DNA of 64,000 nucleotides, from NCBI GenBank assembly GCA_000934665.2, contig JYFJ02002013.1:1-64000 (forward strand), read 5' to 3'. This document shows positions 53,741 to 64,000 of the stretch, in pieces. Under the pieces are notes generated by a model. It was not told the DNA's origin. It saw nothing but the letters and a program-made list of their open reading frames with translations, and ran no database searches. The stretch's first letter is position 1. Every line of letters starts with the position of its first letter. Made by a program: the position numbers and the translations under genes. The DNA is from Catajapyx aquilonaris (Eukaryota).

Positions 53741-53995
53741 TTACCTTACATGCGTCGGCCATTCTGCTTCTAAATTATTGTATCACAACTTCTTGACGAC
53801 TCAATTATAAGTTTTGCACTGCTGACCTTATCGGTTAGTGCAACTTGACGACGGGCCTTGGAGAATGAAAAACCCGAAACAAAAACAAGTTTACCCAGCA
53901 ATGTATTGAAATGCAACGACGTACTCAAGGAGACCAAGTATTTTGTCTACCAAGTTGTCTACAGACATCTGATTGATATGATACCAAAGAAACAA
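53741..53995 (-). promoter_or_regulatory. Putative core promoter and short 5'-UTR exon of copy 10
   Basis: Non-coding block conserved with 58989-59190 and 63525-63756. On the minus strand a TATAA-like motif is followed about 70 nt later by an AG|GTAA donor. Confidence 0.55.
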
Positions 53996-55270
53996 TAGCG
54001 TTTGCTTGAATAATGCAAGTAAATATTGGATAGACGAATAATTTATTTGTTCACTGAGCCGTTCTTCAGATCAGCAAACATTTTTAATACAAAACAGGTG
54101 TTCATTACATGAGACAAAAATTCATAAAAAATCTTAGTTGTTGACCAAGTTAAGTAGAGAGCAAATTTCTGGTCTTTCCAGTGTCCGTTATGTAGACATG
54201 ATAATATACTGTATAAACAAAGGACACACGGTATATCTTTTACCTTCGGACCGACCGTAATGCAGTATTATTGTGCCATATTCCGCGACAAAAATTATCC
54301 GTTGGTCATAGTACGTCGTACCTTACAGCTGCATTATAATAATTATTTTAAATTGAATTAAACAGCGGGTAACATGGATTGTAGGACCTCCTGAATGGGT
54401 TTCATTCAATAACCACATTTCTCGTATACTGTAATTAGCTTATTCCCTTAACAAAAATTAACTTTATTTCAAAGGATGTGAAGCTGAGCATGTGCCAAAC
54501 CTTGCCAATCCCTCGATATATATTTTAAAAATATCGTATGTAATGATCTCCAAACTCTCAGCAAATGATCGAAAGTCTGTGCATGATTGTGACTTTTGAG
54601 CAAGGCACTACACGCGTAGTCCCTACGGCCTTAAGATCATCATCATTGTTGTTACTTGTTATTGTTATTGATACCGGTACTGGTGATACTGGTGTCACTC
54701 AGACGGGAGCTGCAAACGAGATAGTGGAGGTATGGAGATGACAACATGCAAGTGAACAGAGTTTAGTACATGATGGGGTGTATTGTTTTATTTAACAGTA
54801 ACAACTGCGACAACTTTCAAAATAATAATCATTAGTGCTAATCGATACTTACATCATGCGCAAAATAATTATACATATGCATGTCACTTACATCGGTGAT
54901 GATATTGTTTGTCACAGAAGACAACTTGCCAAGGCAAAGTGCTGCACAGATGCCATAATTGTACAGATCAAATCTACTGATAGAAATGCTAGAGAGATCA
55001 TTCAGAATACTGCATACGTACTATGTGTGTACACAAGAACAGGAAAGTCTTGCAAAATCTATGACGAACAATTTTATAAAATAGTGTCTTGCAGGCATTC
55101 CCTTATTTCTAAAATTGGTGTCTCAACATGGGATTCAGTGATAAAGTATGAACGAAATAATGCTAAGTAGCTTACAACAGGTTTGAGGTACAGTTTCAGT
55201 TGCATTGCTAGACCTTTGTTACCATGCACCCATCTAGACAGCTCCAGAAACTCTGTTACATTCTCATCAT

Positions 55271-57301
55271 TCATTGACGCCAAGGTGTGGAGATATCTGA
55301 ATGCTTCTTGGCATATTTCCATCGAAGGATCGGTCTAATAGTGAAGAAGTAGATGATCTCAGCTAGGCTGACGACACTGAATCCGATGAACAGGCCTACT
55401 ATTCCACCGAATGAGGCTGTAATAAGGGGTGGATCATATTATACTAATATGTGTGGCTCTTTCTTATCTTACCTATGAAGTCATTTGCAGAGTAAACCAA
55501 ATCCCGTTGATACAGAACGAACGTTTCTGATTTGAAGAACACTCGAAGAAGAACCAAGTTGTTCCTGAGTAGAAGGTTATATTTGTTACTTACGCACTGG
55601 AGAGTTAGCTTATACGTCATTCCCTCCACGAATTTACTCACTTGTCTATCTTCTCGTCCACATAATCAAGATCGGTTGTAAATCTGGGGAATGTGGCTTC
55701 ACTGGTCTCGTAAGTGTAGGAGAGGGCGTTGCAATTGGGACGACATGTGCAATCTTGCATGGAATCTATTTCTTCAAGTCCTTCCACTGTCTCATGTGGA
55801 TTCACCGTCAAAAATCTTGCTGCATTTGGAAATAGTTGCATAATTAATTATGATGCTCCATAGAATTATGAACATTATTTGCATAAAGCCAGTGCATACT
55901 TGTATGCTTATTGATGCATTGTATTCCTTTGTAATTGCACTGCAGTTGGTTACCTGCAAAGAATTAAAAATTAGAAGTAGTTTTGACAGGAATCAATATC
56001 TCAGATACCGAGTAAGAGACTCACTCAATTGGGAATACATGTAAGGAACGCAGCGACAGGTTTTGTTCATGGAAGCTAAGACGCACTCCATGCGACAATT
56101 GACGAAACTGTATGAGGGATAATAATCCAGAGATATCTCATCTCCGAAGCGGCACAATCGTTTCGAGGGAGGAGTTTGCTTAACGTCCTTAGTGCTTTTG
56201 GTGCGTGTCGGTGTGACGGCCACGTACATCTCCTTGCCGGACTCCAGAAGAAATCCCTTGGCTCCAATATTCGGGAAATTCATTGGATTGTGAATCCGTA
56301 CCTATGAACATCAGTAGAGGAATCTTTGAAAAGTTAAAAACAGTACAACTAAGAAAACACTTGCAATTAAATTGTTATAATTTTCGAATACGCATTGAGC
56401 ATATTACTGGAGAGAAATCGCCTACCTTGAATCCATAAATATTGTTAGTGTAAGAAGAATAACTCTCTATGTCGGGGTTCAACAGCACTGTTAATCCAAT
56501 ATGTGGCCCAGCTCCGTTTACAACTTTTGGTTTAAAAGTGTCGTGAGTTCTGAAAAATAATTATTACAAGTAGTAATAACTTACATTACATAGAACATGG
56601 CACAATTCATTATTGAAATATTCATTTTTGGTTAGAGATACTTGCCCTAAACTTCTTTTTATTATGCAATTAGGGGCATTCCACATCAAGGGGGTAACCA
56701 CTTCGGTACTCCGGTGTACACATGCGAGTGGTACTCCAGGTACTCCTCAGGTACCTCTCTTATTATTACTCCTTGGTACTCCTTGAATTTGGTACTCTAG
56801 TGTACACTTTTCAGTCGAGTGATTACCCCCTTGTTCCACATACGTAAATTCAAATCAAGAGTGTAGTAGTGTCTCGGATTTCTTTCCGACCTTGTAATAT
56901 GGACCATGTTTTCCCGTAATATGACCGAAGATGGTTGGAAGAGATCTTAAATTAATCACAAAACGGGGAGGCGAAGTGGCGCTGCGGAAACGTACGCGCC
57001 CACGGATGTAAGGGTCCCGGGTTCGATACCAAGCCCGGGCATCCGCCCCTTCATCTCGTGCAGAATTGGGTCGTCTCTGGCTTCGTCTCGGGTGGGATTC
57101 CTTGAGACTAACCACCCGGGGGAGTTCACAAAATGTACCAAGTTTAGACATTGCACTGCACATTGCACATCCCCTCCTACTCATCCCCCCTTCGCTCGCG
57201 GTACCCGGGCGTTACGGAATAGGACCACTTGTAAAGCTTGTACATCTGAAGCATAATAAAGGTACCGTGCCAGATGCCCAAGAAAGGCGGTGCACTAACC
57301 C

Positions 57302-57370
<69 letters not shown>

Positions 57371-58675
57371 ACACACAAGTGCAATTAAGAGATGTTCACT
57401 ATGAAAAAGAGGTTCGGGAAATATCAAAATAAAAATTATAATAGCTTTTATAAAATATTATAACCCCGATTATCACTTGTTTTTTCTGGAAAAGTACGCT
57501 TCTTTTTCTTAATTAAAATCTACTATTAGGTGCCATTTTCATAACTGGCCAAGAAAAAATTATGGAAATAATGTGAGGTGTACCAGTGACCAAAGGCAAC
57601 ATTTTCTCCACAGTAAATATAATTTTGTAAAATGTGTATGATAAAATTCGTAATGTCATAATGTCCACTCACTGATTCCTCAATGTCAGAGACACTGAAT
57701 TGAAGCCCCAGCAGAATCCTTCGTCTGTGCTTCTCATTTCAAATATTTTAGAGCAGTTAACTATTTCACTTAGCCACCAGCACTTAAGTGCCACATGCCC
57801 AATTGGCGCCTTCACCTGAAATATGCATAAAATGATATTTTTATGCAATATTAGACTTGTGCTGTTTTGTCATTTAAAATGTTATAATTATACTGGTTCC
57901 GTCTGTTAATTCTGGGATACTTTTTATTACCGCTTTCATCAACTCCGCCAAACCTTGCACTTCTTTGTCAATGACACCTGCGAGGGCTTCTTCAGGCACA
58001 TCATTCGGAATACTTGGTGTTGATTGGCCAATTTGAGCCAAGTATTGGACAAGTTGTCTAATAATATCTGGGCTGTATTTTTTCCACCTTAAAAAGTCAT
58101 AGTTTCATAAAGTCGGTGCTCATACTTGATTATAAGTGCTAATTATTATTATGTACCTATCTGTTTGCAAAAGTGTATCAAGTTTACGTTTTGCAGCCTT
58201 GTTGTTGTTGCATATTGTAACTCCTGGAAATGGGACTTTCCAAATGGGTTCTGCCACTGACTCAATACTTGTGGAAATAGGCGTCTGCATGTATTTCTCA
58301 AACGCTGGTTGCAGAAATAATGCTGCTCCTATTGTTGCGCCTATGCAAAATAATATCCAGAGTATTCTGGAAGGTAAATTGGTCTGTTACTACTTGTCCT
58401 GGACAGGTTCCTAAAAAGCTCTACAGGCATTTATAGGCCCACCTTTCAATATTAAAATTTGAATCGTCGGTAATATATTTGAATCCATGCAATGAGGTGT
58501 TGTTACAGTAATCTTTCACACAGGTGTACACAAACTCAGAGTTGAATGTGCGGTTCCGTGATCGTTGCATGTGTGAGAGTAATTCATAATTGATCGAAGT
58601 CAATCCTAATTCCCTTTTCCAAGGATAAACGGGAGTAATCGTAGGGGTTTTTTTCTTCCAAGGGAGTGCATACAT
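55271..58675 (-). CDS. DEG/ENaC (pickpocket-like) channel copy 11
   Basis: Open from MYALPWKKK (58675) through all 10 exons to STPWRQ* (TGA 55273-55271). The extreme N-terminus is shorter than in copies 10 and 12. Confidence 0.85.
56687..56833. mobile_element. 147-bp hAT-type MITE
   Basis: TIR CAAGGGGGTAA(C/T)CACT. Perfect 8-bp TSD TTCCACAT (56679-56686 and 56834-56841). Repeated internal GGTACTC motifs. Confidence 0.85.
56965..57368 (+). mobile_element. tRNA-derived SINE with (TAT)n tail, in intron 4 of copy 11
   Basis: A box TGGCGCTGCGG, B box GGTTCGATACC, shared core, ends GCACTAACCC followed by (TAT)n at 57302-57368. Confidence 0.88.
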
Positions 58676-58988
58676 TACTTGAAATAACTTATCTTTTATC
58701 CCGTATTACCAACGAACTGTACATAATCTGAAAAATTAATAGGCACGTTTTCAAACATACTTACAACATATCAAGCGGAATCAATCTAAAGATTTTACGA
58801 TACATACGGTACTGTACATGAGGACGATTTGTTGAGTAGAACGCTATTACTTCAGTCTGTCAGTGTTTTAAACTAAAGGAAAGTTTCAGTAGGTCTATTG
58901 AATACGATCATTTTATATACTGTATAGATGACCGGTTAAGTATTAAACTAGATTTGTTATTAAAGACTTTTCAAGACAAAATAATACG

Positions 58989-59190
58989 TCACCTCATATG
59001 CATCGGCCCCTCTCCGTCTGAATTGTATTACACCTTCTTGACGACTCAGTTATAAATTCAGCACGTCAGTGGTTAGTAAAACTTGACAACATCTTTATAT
59101 AAGAAGGTATTGGAAACTCTATTGGCGTCATCTGGGAGACCGAGTATTTTGACTACTTGAAATTGATGTGATATGATACCAAAGAAACTG
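58989..59190 (-). promoter_or_regulatory. Putative core promoter and short 5'-UTR exon of copy 11
   Basis: Same conserved block: TTTATAACTGAGTCGTCAAG..TTCAGA..AG|GTGA. Confidence 0.55.
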
Positions 59191-59673
59191 CAGTGTTTCC
59201 ATAAGTGATGCAAATCAATATCCTATTGTGAAATCTGCTCACTGACTATGCCATAGTTGTAGTTCCTTCGATCGGCAAATATTTTCTTGCCGACCAACTA
59301 TTCGTTATTTGGTTTTATCAATTAAATCGTTCAAAAAAGATAAATTACGTTCAAACATAATTATACAGACCCGCACCTAAAAGTGAAGAGCTTCATTCGA
59401 AAATGATTGTTTTATTTACAAAATGATTGACTTTTGATGTAGGTCAGTGTCCTTCGCTGTGGTGGTGAGTTTGAAAGTCCAGCTGTCCACTGAACACAAT
59501 AAAACATTAATGAACATTTTTCAACAGAGAATTTAATTTAATTTAATGTGTATACAGAGGCAGAAAAGGAGAGTAGTATATACATAAATATATAATTAGC
59601 ATCTGGCCTACGCTACCAAGCCCTTTTTGTTTAGTCATCTCCAGACATTTTTTGCACTTCCACATGATGATTG

Positions 59674-62600
59674 TTAGCGAATCAGTCCTCGACGCCAGGG
59701 TGTATTCGGCTTGGCAAATTTCCATCGAAGGATCGGTCTAATAGTGAAGAAGTAGATGATCTCAGCTATGCTGACGAAGCTGAATCCGATGAACAGACCG
59801 ACTATTCCGCCAAATGAGGCTTAAATAAAGGATCGGGAATGTTATGATTGTCATTATTGCTGTTGTAACTCACCTTTACAAACTTACCAATGAAGTCATT
59901 TGCAGTGTACATTACGTCCCTTTGGTACAGAACGAATGTTTCTAACTTGAAGAACACGTGTAGGAGGACTAAGTTGTTCCTGAGGACAAGTTATTTGTAA
60001 TTTACGCACTCAATAATTATTGGGTTATTAGCAGATTTATCCATGAATTACTCACTTGTCTATCTTTTTGTCGACATAATCAAGGTCATCATGAAACCTG
60101 GGGAAACGAGCATCACTTGACTCGTAAGTGTAGGTGATCGCCCCGCAACTGGGAGGACAATGGCAATGTTCCATAGAATCTATTTCTCTCAATCCTTTCA
60201 CTTGCTCCTCTGGAGTCACCGTCAAAAATTTAGCTGCATTTGCAAAAATAACATTAGGTTGTGTCGGAAACACAAGTCGCAGCTTTTGACGTGAATACGT
60301 CTTTATAATCGGATCGGTATTGGGGGGGAGTGAATTGATTGCTTATTATCAGTATTGAAGTCTGGACACATGCATGGTGACCCTAAAGTCTGGACACTCA
60401 TGGTGACCCTCCTAAAAATTTCCCTGCATACCCCCCTGGATGCCTCCGCCATGGCCCCATGGCAGGGTCCTGACTATAACACTCACACGCCACTTAGGAT
60501 ATAGTAGACTCGGATATAGTAGACTCTAACGCTTTTCTGCAACGCTCGAGTTTGCCTCCATGCCCACCCATGCGGATCCGAATTTAGTCCTGCCATGGGG
60601 CCCCTGGCAGGGCCCCCTGCAGGGCCCTGACTGTAACGCTTTTCTGTAACGCTCGAGTTTGCCTGCATGCCCCCCCCCCCTCTATACGGACCCGATCTTA
60701 AAGACGTATTCACGTCAAAAAAAATATGTACAGTATATTACTGTACATTGTGGTGCAGAATAACAGTAGCTACATTTTTGAGTGCTTACTTGTGTGATGG
60801 TTGATGCATTCTATTCCCTCGTAATTACACAGAGTTTGATTTTCTGAAGAAAAAATTAATAGCACGATATATTTTGCAAAGGAAATAAATTGCCGGTACT
60901 CAGTAAAATACTCACTCAATTCAGAATACATGTAAGGAACGCAGCCGCAGGTTTCTTTCATAGAAGCTACAACGCACTCCATCCGACAGTTTTCATAACT
61001 GAACGTTGGAAAATAATTCAACGATATCTCATCTCCGAAACGGCACAATCGTTTTTCTTGAGGAGTTTCTCGGACATGAATCGTGCTTTGTGTGACTGTT
61101 GGAGTAACGGCAACGTACATCTCCTTGCCCGACTCCAGTAAGAAGGCCTTGGTTGCAATGTTTGGAAAATTCATTGGGTGGTGAATCCGTACCTGTACAG
61201 TAAAGCGAATTTTAAAAAAATATGGACACGGGATATATGCAGATATCTTTTGCAAATTGGTAAAGTTGCTGAATATAAGCTTATTATAGAAGGCCAATAC
61301 CTTGAATCCAAATACATTATTAGTGTACGAATAGTAACTCTCGACGTCAGGGTTCAACAACACTGTCAATCCTACGTTTGGTCCAGCTCCGTTTACTACT
61401 TCAGGTTGAAAGTCGTCGTGTTTTCTGAAAATACATTACCTTACATATAGGGCATGATGCGATTGAGTTGTGTGTATTGATTAGAAATTTCTTGCACAAT
61501 CTGCCTGTTATTAAACAGTTACTTTCCAATAGTCACTTTTACTACTATTATTTAAAATATTATTGTTAATATTAAATAATATTGACCTGGGACACATTCT
61601 GAGTGACCTGTACGACGAACTTGTGTATGGCTGGACCATTATACCCTTTCTATTAGTTTAAAAGGATGCAGCCCTTCGACTTAACATTAGCAGCTAATAT
61701 TATTTTGGTAACCTCGAACATGGACGGTTCTAAAATAACTGATTAAAAACTATGTAGCGTAAAAATTGCTAACCGCTACGGCCAATAATTATATTATTCA
61801 ACTGGAACACATTTTTCGAGATAAAATATTTGACATCGGAATTTTTGCACTCCAAAGCATGATAAAATAAAACAAGTCAGAATAACCACATACGCATCGT
61901 CTTTGGATGTCAGAGTCACGGAATTGAAGCCCCAGCAGTATCCATCATCAGTGCTTCTCAATTCAAATATTTCTGAGCAGTTCACTATTTTGCTTAGCCA
62001 CCAGCACCTAAGTGCCATATTTTCAATGGGCTCCTTCACCTGAATGTGGGCCAAAAATTATACACGATCGAGAACAGGTCTATGCTGTCGTGATTAATAC
62101 GACACACATGTGAACTGAACTTATGATAAAGCCACCTGGGAAGGAGTGTTCATGAGAAATTCTTCCTCTTACCTCTCTCATTAACTGCGCCAAACCTACT
62201 ACTTTCACTTCTTCTGTAATAGCCGCTGCGAGGTCTTCCTCGGGTACCTTCAGCGACTCTCGAGTCGTTTGTCCAATTTGAGTCACGTATCGGACAAGTT
62301 CTCGAAAAATATCAGGAGGATATTTTTTCCACCTAAAAAAACCACAAATATTATTGGTAACAATGTAATTAATGATGTTTTTAATTAACAGGCGCAGTTG
62401 AATGAAAACAAAAAAGGACTAACTTGGACAATAATTCTGTAATTATTCTTAACTTATAATAATAAAAACGAGTGCAGATTACTCTGCATTTAATAGTATA
62501 CCTATCTGTTTGCAATAGTGTCTCAAGTTTATTCTTTTCCGCCTTGTTGACGTTGCATATTGTGACTCCTGGAAATGGTACTTTCCAAATGGGTTCAGCC

Positions 62601-63054
62601 ACCGCACCGATTCAATACTTGTGGAAATAGGAGTCTGCGCATACTTCACAAAGGCAGGTTTCAGGTAAAATACTGTTCCTATTATTGCGCCCATGCAAAA
62701 TAACATCCAGAGTATTCTGAAAGGTAATGAAGCTGTTACTAATAAGTTGGTCTCAAAAATACTCTATGCAACAGCATACCTTTCAAGATTAAAATTGGAA
62801 TCCTCGGTAATGTATTTGAATCCATGCAGTGATGTGTTGTCACAGTAATCCTTCACACAGGTGTACACAAACTCAGAGTTGAACTTGTTACGTGATTCTC
62901 GCGTGTGGGAGAGAAGTTCATGATTGATCGAAGTCAATCCCAGTTCCTTTTCCCAAGGGTAGACTGAAGTAATCGTTGGTTTTTTCTTATTCCATGGTAT
63001 TATCGAAATACCAATGGCCTTGACGTAATTTACGCCATTTTTAAAGCGACTCAT
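59674..63054 (-). pseudogene. DEG/ENaC (pickpocket-like) channel copy 12, frameshifted in exon 2
   Basis: All 10 exons and splice sites are present. A 5-nt tandem duplication (plus strand caccgcaccg, 62600-62609) shifts the frame at ESV|AEPIW and gives a stop in exon 3. Confidence 0.85.
60284..60720. mobile_element. MITE with TTTTGACGTGAATACGTCTTTA inverted termini, intron 7 of copy 12
   Basis: 22-bp perfect TIR extending imperfectly to about 37 bp. GC-rich interior with short tandem duplications. No clear TSD. Confidence 0.75.
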
Positions 63055-63524
63055 ATTGCTGGCATGGAATTAATCATAGCCTGAAAAATTGGTATAAGAT
63101 TGGAAACACTTTCACATGCAAGATCCACTGAAGTACTCAAACATACATTCAAGCTAGGACATTAAGATACATGCTTCTTTCAGGACTATGAGAGTATTGA
63201 GCGATACAGTAATATTTCACTTAATGAGTGTTTCACGAAAAGGACGTTTGGCACGAAATTCACTCATTCTTACATCCAGGTGTTAAATACTTCACTTTCT
63301 ACAGGAATTTTTGAAAAAATAAGATTGGGATATTAAGCATGCTGCCTGCAAGAGCCTGAAACTCATACAAAAAAATGTACCACAAAATATAAAATAATTA
63401 TCTTTCTTCCACTTCTCTTGTATAAATTAGCAGCATAATCACTCAGCCTGGCTCGTAAAATTATTAGCACTAACTAAATTTAACAAGGTTCGTGAGTTGA
63501 AATATTTTTATGACTAATTATACA

Positions 63525-63756
63525 TTACCTCACTTTAATCGGCCACACTCCTTCTGAACTGTATCACAACGTCTTGGCGACTCAGCTATGACCTCTGCAC
63601 GTCATCGTCAGTGCTTAGAACCACTTGACGACAAGTGTTATAGCATACAAAAACACTTACTCAGGATTACCTAAGGTACTTCGGAAAATGTCATCATCCA
63701 GGAGACCGAGTATTTTGGCTACCTGCAAAATCACCTGGATGATATCTGAGAAACAA
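63525..63756 (-). promoter_or_regulatory. Putative core promoter and short 5'-UTR exon of copy 12
   Basis: Same conserved block, ending AG|GTAA. The TATA-like position is altered (CATAG). Confidence 0.5.
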
Positions 63757-64000
63757 GAATGTTCGCATAAGCTATACAAAAAACCACATCAATATCGTAG
63801 GAGTTCTTCGTTGAGGACTAACTTGCAAGATATTCCTTAATGAACATACATTAATTAATTATGTTTTCTCTGTGCGACAAAAATTCATTGAAAATCCTCA
63901 GTCCTGATTAATAGAGGTTTAAATACGAACAATATTACTCCTCAAGTTCCCATCGTCTCTTCAAACTCTTTTGATATCTCAAATGGGTCATTCCATGTCA

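Noticed and set aside
56965..57040. Standalone tRNA genes
   Set aside because: A and B boxes are present but I cannot fold a proper cloverleaf, and each continues into a shared SINE body and tail.
60770..61369. 199-aa ORF reading through introns 5 (108 nt) and 6 (72 nt) of copy 12, suggesting in-frame intron retention
   Set aside because: Both introns have canonical splice sites, the feature is not shared across paralogs, and the copy is already frameshifted upstream; probably chance.
923..63054. One giant gene with mutually exclusive exon cassettes (Dscam-like)
   Set aside because: Each repeat unit has its own complete exon 1-10 set and stop codon, so these are separate genes.

Overview
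AT-rich, intron-containing eukaryotic DNA, most likely from an arthropod or other invertebrate (inferred from the gene family and repeat types; the taxon cannot be fixed from this window). Almost the whole window is a head-to-tail array of 12 paralogous DEG/ENaC (pickpocket/Nach-like) ion-channel genes on the minus strand, numbered copies 1-12 from left to right. All share 10 coding exons (about 550 aa) with intron phases 2,2,0,2,0,1,1,2,1, an N-terminal NTSLHG motif, a post-TM1 (F/Y)PG(I/V)TICN motif, a Cys-rich thumb and TM2 GGxVGLFIGFS. I spliced each copy by hand. Copies 3, 4, 5, 8, 9 and 10 look intact. Copies 7 and 11 are intact from an internal Met. Copy 6 is intact except for a GA at one splice donor. 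Copies 1, 2 and 12 carry disabling lesions. The array shows birth-and-death evolution: a recent duplication (copies 5/6) with an excess of amino-acid changes, gene-conversion tracts, an orphan exon left from a deleted copy, and a non-canonical GC-AG intron kept across diverged paralogs. Introns and spacers hold four copies of a tRNA-derived SINE, several MITEs, a 924-bp foldback element and a Tc1/mariner relic. The array may extend beyond the window. Most short ORFs in the supplied track are exon fragments or antisense shadows.
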